A stretch of DNA of 63,076 nt, the filler included, from Nanobdellati archaeon (GTDB lineage: Archaea; Nanobdellota; Nanobdellia; Woesearchaeales; JAADFO01), in NCBI GenBank assembly GCA_013152815.1. It is 4 parts of 4 records of this genome, joined end to end, with 100 filler letters (N's around TTAATTAATTAA, not from the genome) between each part and the next. Parts side by side here need not be neighbours in the genome. Positions count along the whole stretch, not along the records: positions 41,804 to 63,076 come from JAADFO010000037.1; 3 more parts are not named here. One strand, given 5' to 3'. The notes beneath the pieces were generated by a model, which worked only from the letters and a program-made list of their open reading frames with translations, was not told the origin of the DNA and made no database searches. Below are positions 61,485 to 63,076 of the stretch, piece by piece. A program made the translations under genes and the position numbers. Every line of letters starts with the position of its first letter. Position 1 is the stretch's first letter.

Positions 61485-61946
61485 ATGCTCGACAAAGAAA
61501 AGATCGAATCGCTGCCCCTGCCTGACCGGGTCGAGGCGCTGCGTCGCATCCAGGAAGAACGGAGGAAAGAGCTAGAGGAGGCGAAGGCGCTCCAGGAAGA
61601 GGCAGAGCAGCAGATGGACCGGGACCAGGCAACTGCCCAGGTGTCTGTCCCGATGCCCGAACCAGTGGACATCTCCAAGCTCTTCCTTCCGGAAGGTGAT
61701 GAACTGGAAGCGCGGGCAGAGGTCGAACAGGTAGAAGGAGAGGACTTCTTCATGGACTATGGCCGGGCATTCGAAGGGCTTTCTGAGGAAGGGTTCTACC
61801 GCACCATCGTGACGGCCATGCAGGCCGACCGCATCGAGACCCATATCAACCCCAGCCACTACACGCTCCAGAGCAAGAAAGCGGTCGAGGACAGCACCGC
61901 ATCCGTGGGTGTCATAGAACAGATCAGGAAATACACCAAAGGATGA
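61485..61946 (+). CDS. Hypothetical acidic protein
   Basis: 153-aa ORF with N-terminal coiled coil. Confidence 0.7.
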   Translation: MLDKEKIESLPLPDRVEALRRIQEERRKELEEAKALQEEAEQQMDRDQATAQVSVPMPEPVDISKLFLPEGDELEARAEVEQVEGEDFFMDYGRAFEGLSEEGFYRTIVTAMQADRIETHINPSHYTLQSKKAVEDSTASVGVIEQIRKYTKG

Positions 61947-62164
61947 GCCTGTGGAGCTGGTCCATCTTCCGGGATGCCCCGGGTCTTCCGGCTTTTGTCT
62001 CTGTCTTGCCTGGAAGACCAGGAGACCTTCTTTTTCCTTCTTAACTGGTCTTTGGCGCGCTGTCTTCTGTCTCATGTACAAATATTTATATATCAGTATA
62101 GTTATAGGTATACTCTAGCTAAAGCCAGGACTATCATCCGCAGGAGCACTCATCAGGAGAGAAC

Positions 62165-63076
62165 ATGGAATTCGACACCGGAAGCAGCGGCTATTACACG
62201 CCCATGGACAGGAACTTCGACTCGACAAGCCCTCTTGGAGTGGATGAGGGTCCGATGCCTTTGAATGACCCTCCTGAGTCTTCTTCAGTCGGTCCTGAGG
62301 GGTTAGGGATCAAGGATATCGGCATGTCTGTCCCCATGGGGATAGCTGCTGCCAACGTGGAAGGCGTACAGGCAAAGATCAGGGCAGGAGCCCAGCAGCT
62401 GGAGATCCAGTTCGCCGGTGCAGGATCAGGCAACAGACAATCCCAGACCCCTGGCATGTACGGAGAAGACCAGCGTCAGGCATTGAGAGAGGTCTCGAAG
62501 ATAAACGAGGTGGGCTTCACCACCCACGCATCTTTCTCCATCATGGGCGTCACCGGAGCGGACCAGCAGGGGAACATGTCCCTTGCCAGAGGGGGCATGG
62601 CTCTTGGCGAGATGATACGGGCCATCGACTTCGCCAGGGACGTGGCCGACGGAGGATCTGTTGTCCTGCACGTCGGGGAGTTCGAGAGGCCCCTGACCCA
62701 CATCTATCCTGAGGGTGTCTGGATGGACCAGAAGGGCCAGGTGCAGAAGAACCTTTCACGTGATGAGTCAGGACGATTCATGTTCAAACGGCATCCCCAG
62801 GAAGAGCAAAAAGCGCAGTTTCTCCTGGTGGATGACCGGACCGGCCAGGCCTTCCAGCAGGTGCAGATGGACAGGATGGTGGCCCAGCCGATATGGCTCA
62901 GGGCAAAGAAGGACTACTGGGGGACCAATCAGGAAGGGAAAAGGGTCTATGTGAGGACAGGGGATTATATCGACTATGAGAACAGGAAGATCGAGGACCC
63001 CTTCGGCATCAAGTTCGAGCGCGGGATGACCGACAAGTTCGTCGGAGGCAGGGTTCCTGAGATCGACTCGAAGACC
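62165..63076 (+). CDS. Xylose isomerase/AP endonuclease 2-like TIM-barrel protein (3' partial)
   Basis: AGGAG SD; frame open to the window end; LEIQF, TTHAS, RAIDFARDVADGGSVVLHVGEF. Confidence 0.75.
   Translation, partial: MEFDTGSSGYYTPMDRNFDSTSPLGVDEGPMPLNDPPESSSVGPEGLGIKDIGMSVPMGIAAANVEGVQAKIRAGAQQLEIQFAGAGSGNRQSQTPGMYGEDQRQALREVSKINEVGFTTHASFSIMGVTGADQQGNMSLARGGMALGEMIRAIDFARDVADGGSVVLHVGEFERPLTHIYPEGVWMDQKGQVQKNLSRDESGRFMFKRHPQEEQKAQFLLVDDRTGQAFQQVQMDRMVAQPIWLRAKKDYWGTNQEGKRVYVRTGDYIDYENRKIEDPFGIKFERGMTDKFVGGRVPEIDSKT

Overview
Archaeal genomic DNA, most consistent with a GC-rich DPANN/Woesearchaeota-like genome bin. The archaeal assignment rests on a class I CCA enzyme, RFC large subunit, archaeal-type GlyRS, BHB-intron tRNAs and class III signal-peptide pilins; the lineage itself is inference. 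The window is four contigs joined by artificial 100-nt N/TTAATTAATTAA linkers (30231-30330, 36879-36978, 41704-41803), so adjacency across them is not evidence. Contig 1 has: an AT-rich 1.4-kb tip with a RelBE-like TA pair, a hairpin element and an orphan ORF inside nested inverted repeats, punctuated by dif-like sites; a polyprenol kinase/PAP2/DedA operon; K+ channel, cca, a PfkB kinase-Lrp-ahcY module; a 13-kb type IV pilus locus; MEMO1; and a >1800-aa PGF-pre-PGF surface protein with ten ~90-aa repeats. Contig 2 has an AT-rich ABC/HTH island, a probably frameshifted histidine kinase, truD, tRNA-Arg(CCT) with a duplicated 5' end, nnrE and a MATE pump. Contig 3 has glycosylation genes. Contig 4 has valS, rfcL, glyS, SSB, a two-intron tRNA-Phe, an ion-homeostasis cluster (DtxR-feoAAB, CDF, P-type ATPase, Kef) and unknown genes ending in a TIM-barrel protein. 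The best candidate for an undescribed system is the dif-like/nested-IR cassette array at 1-1382. All family calls come from motif recognition, not database searches.
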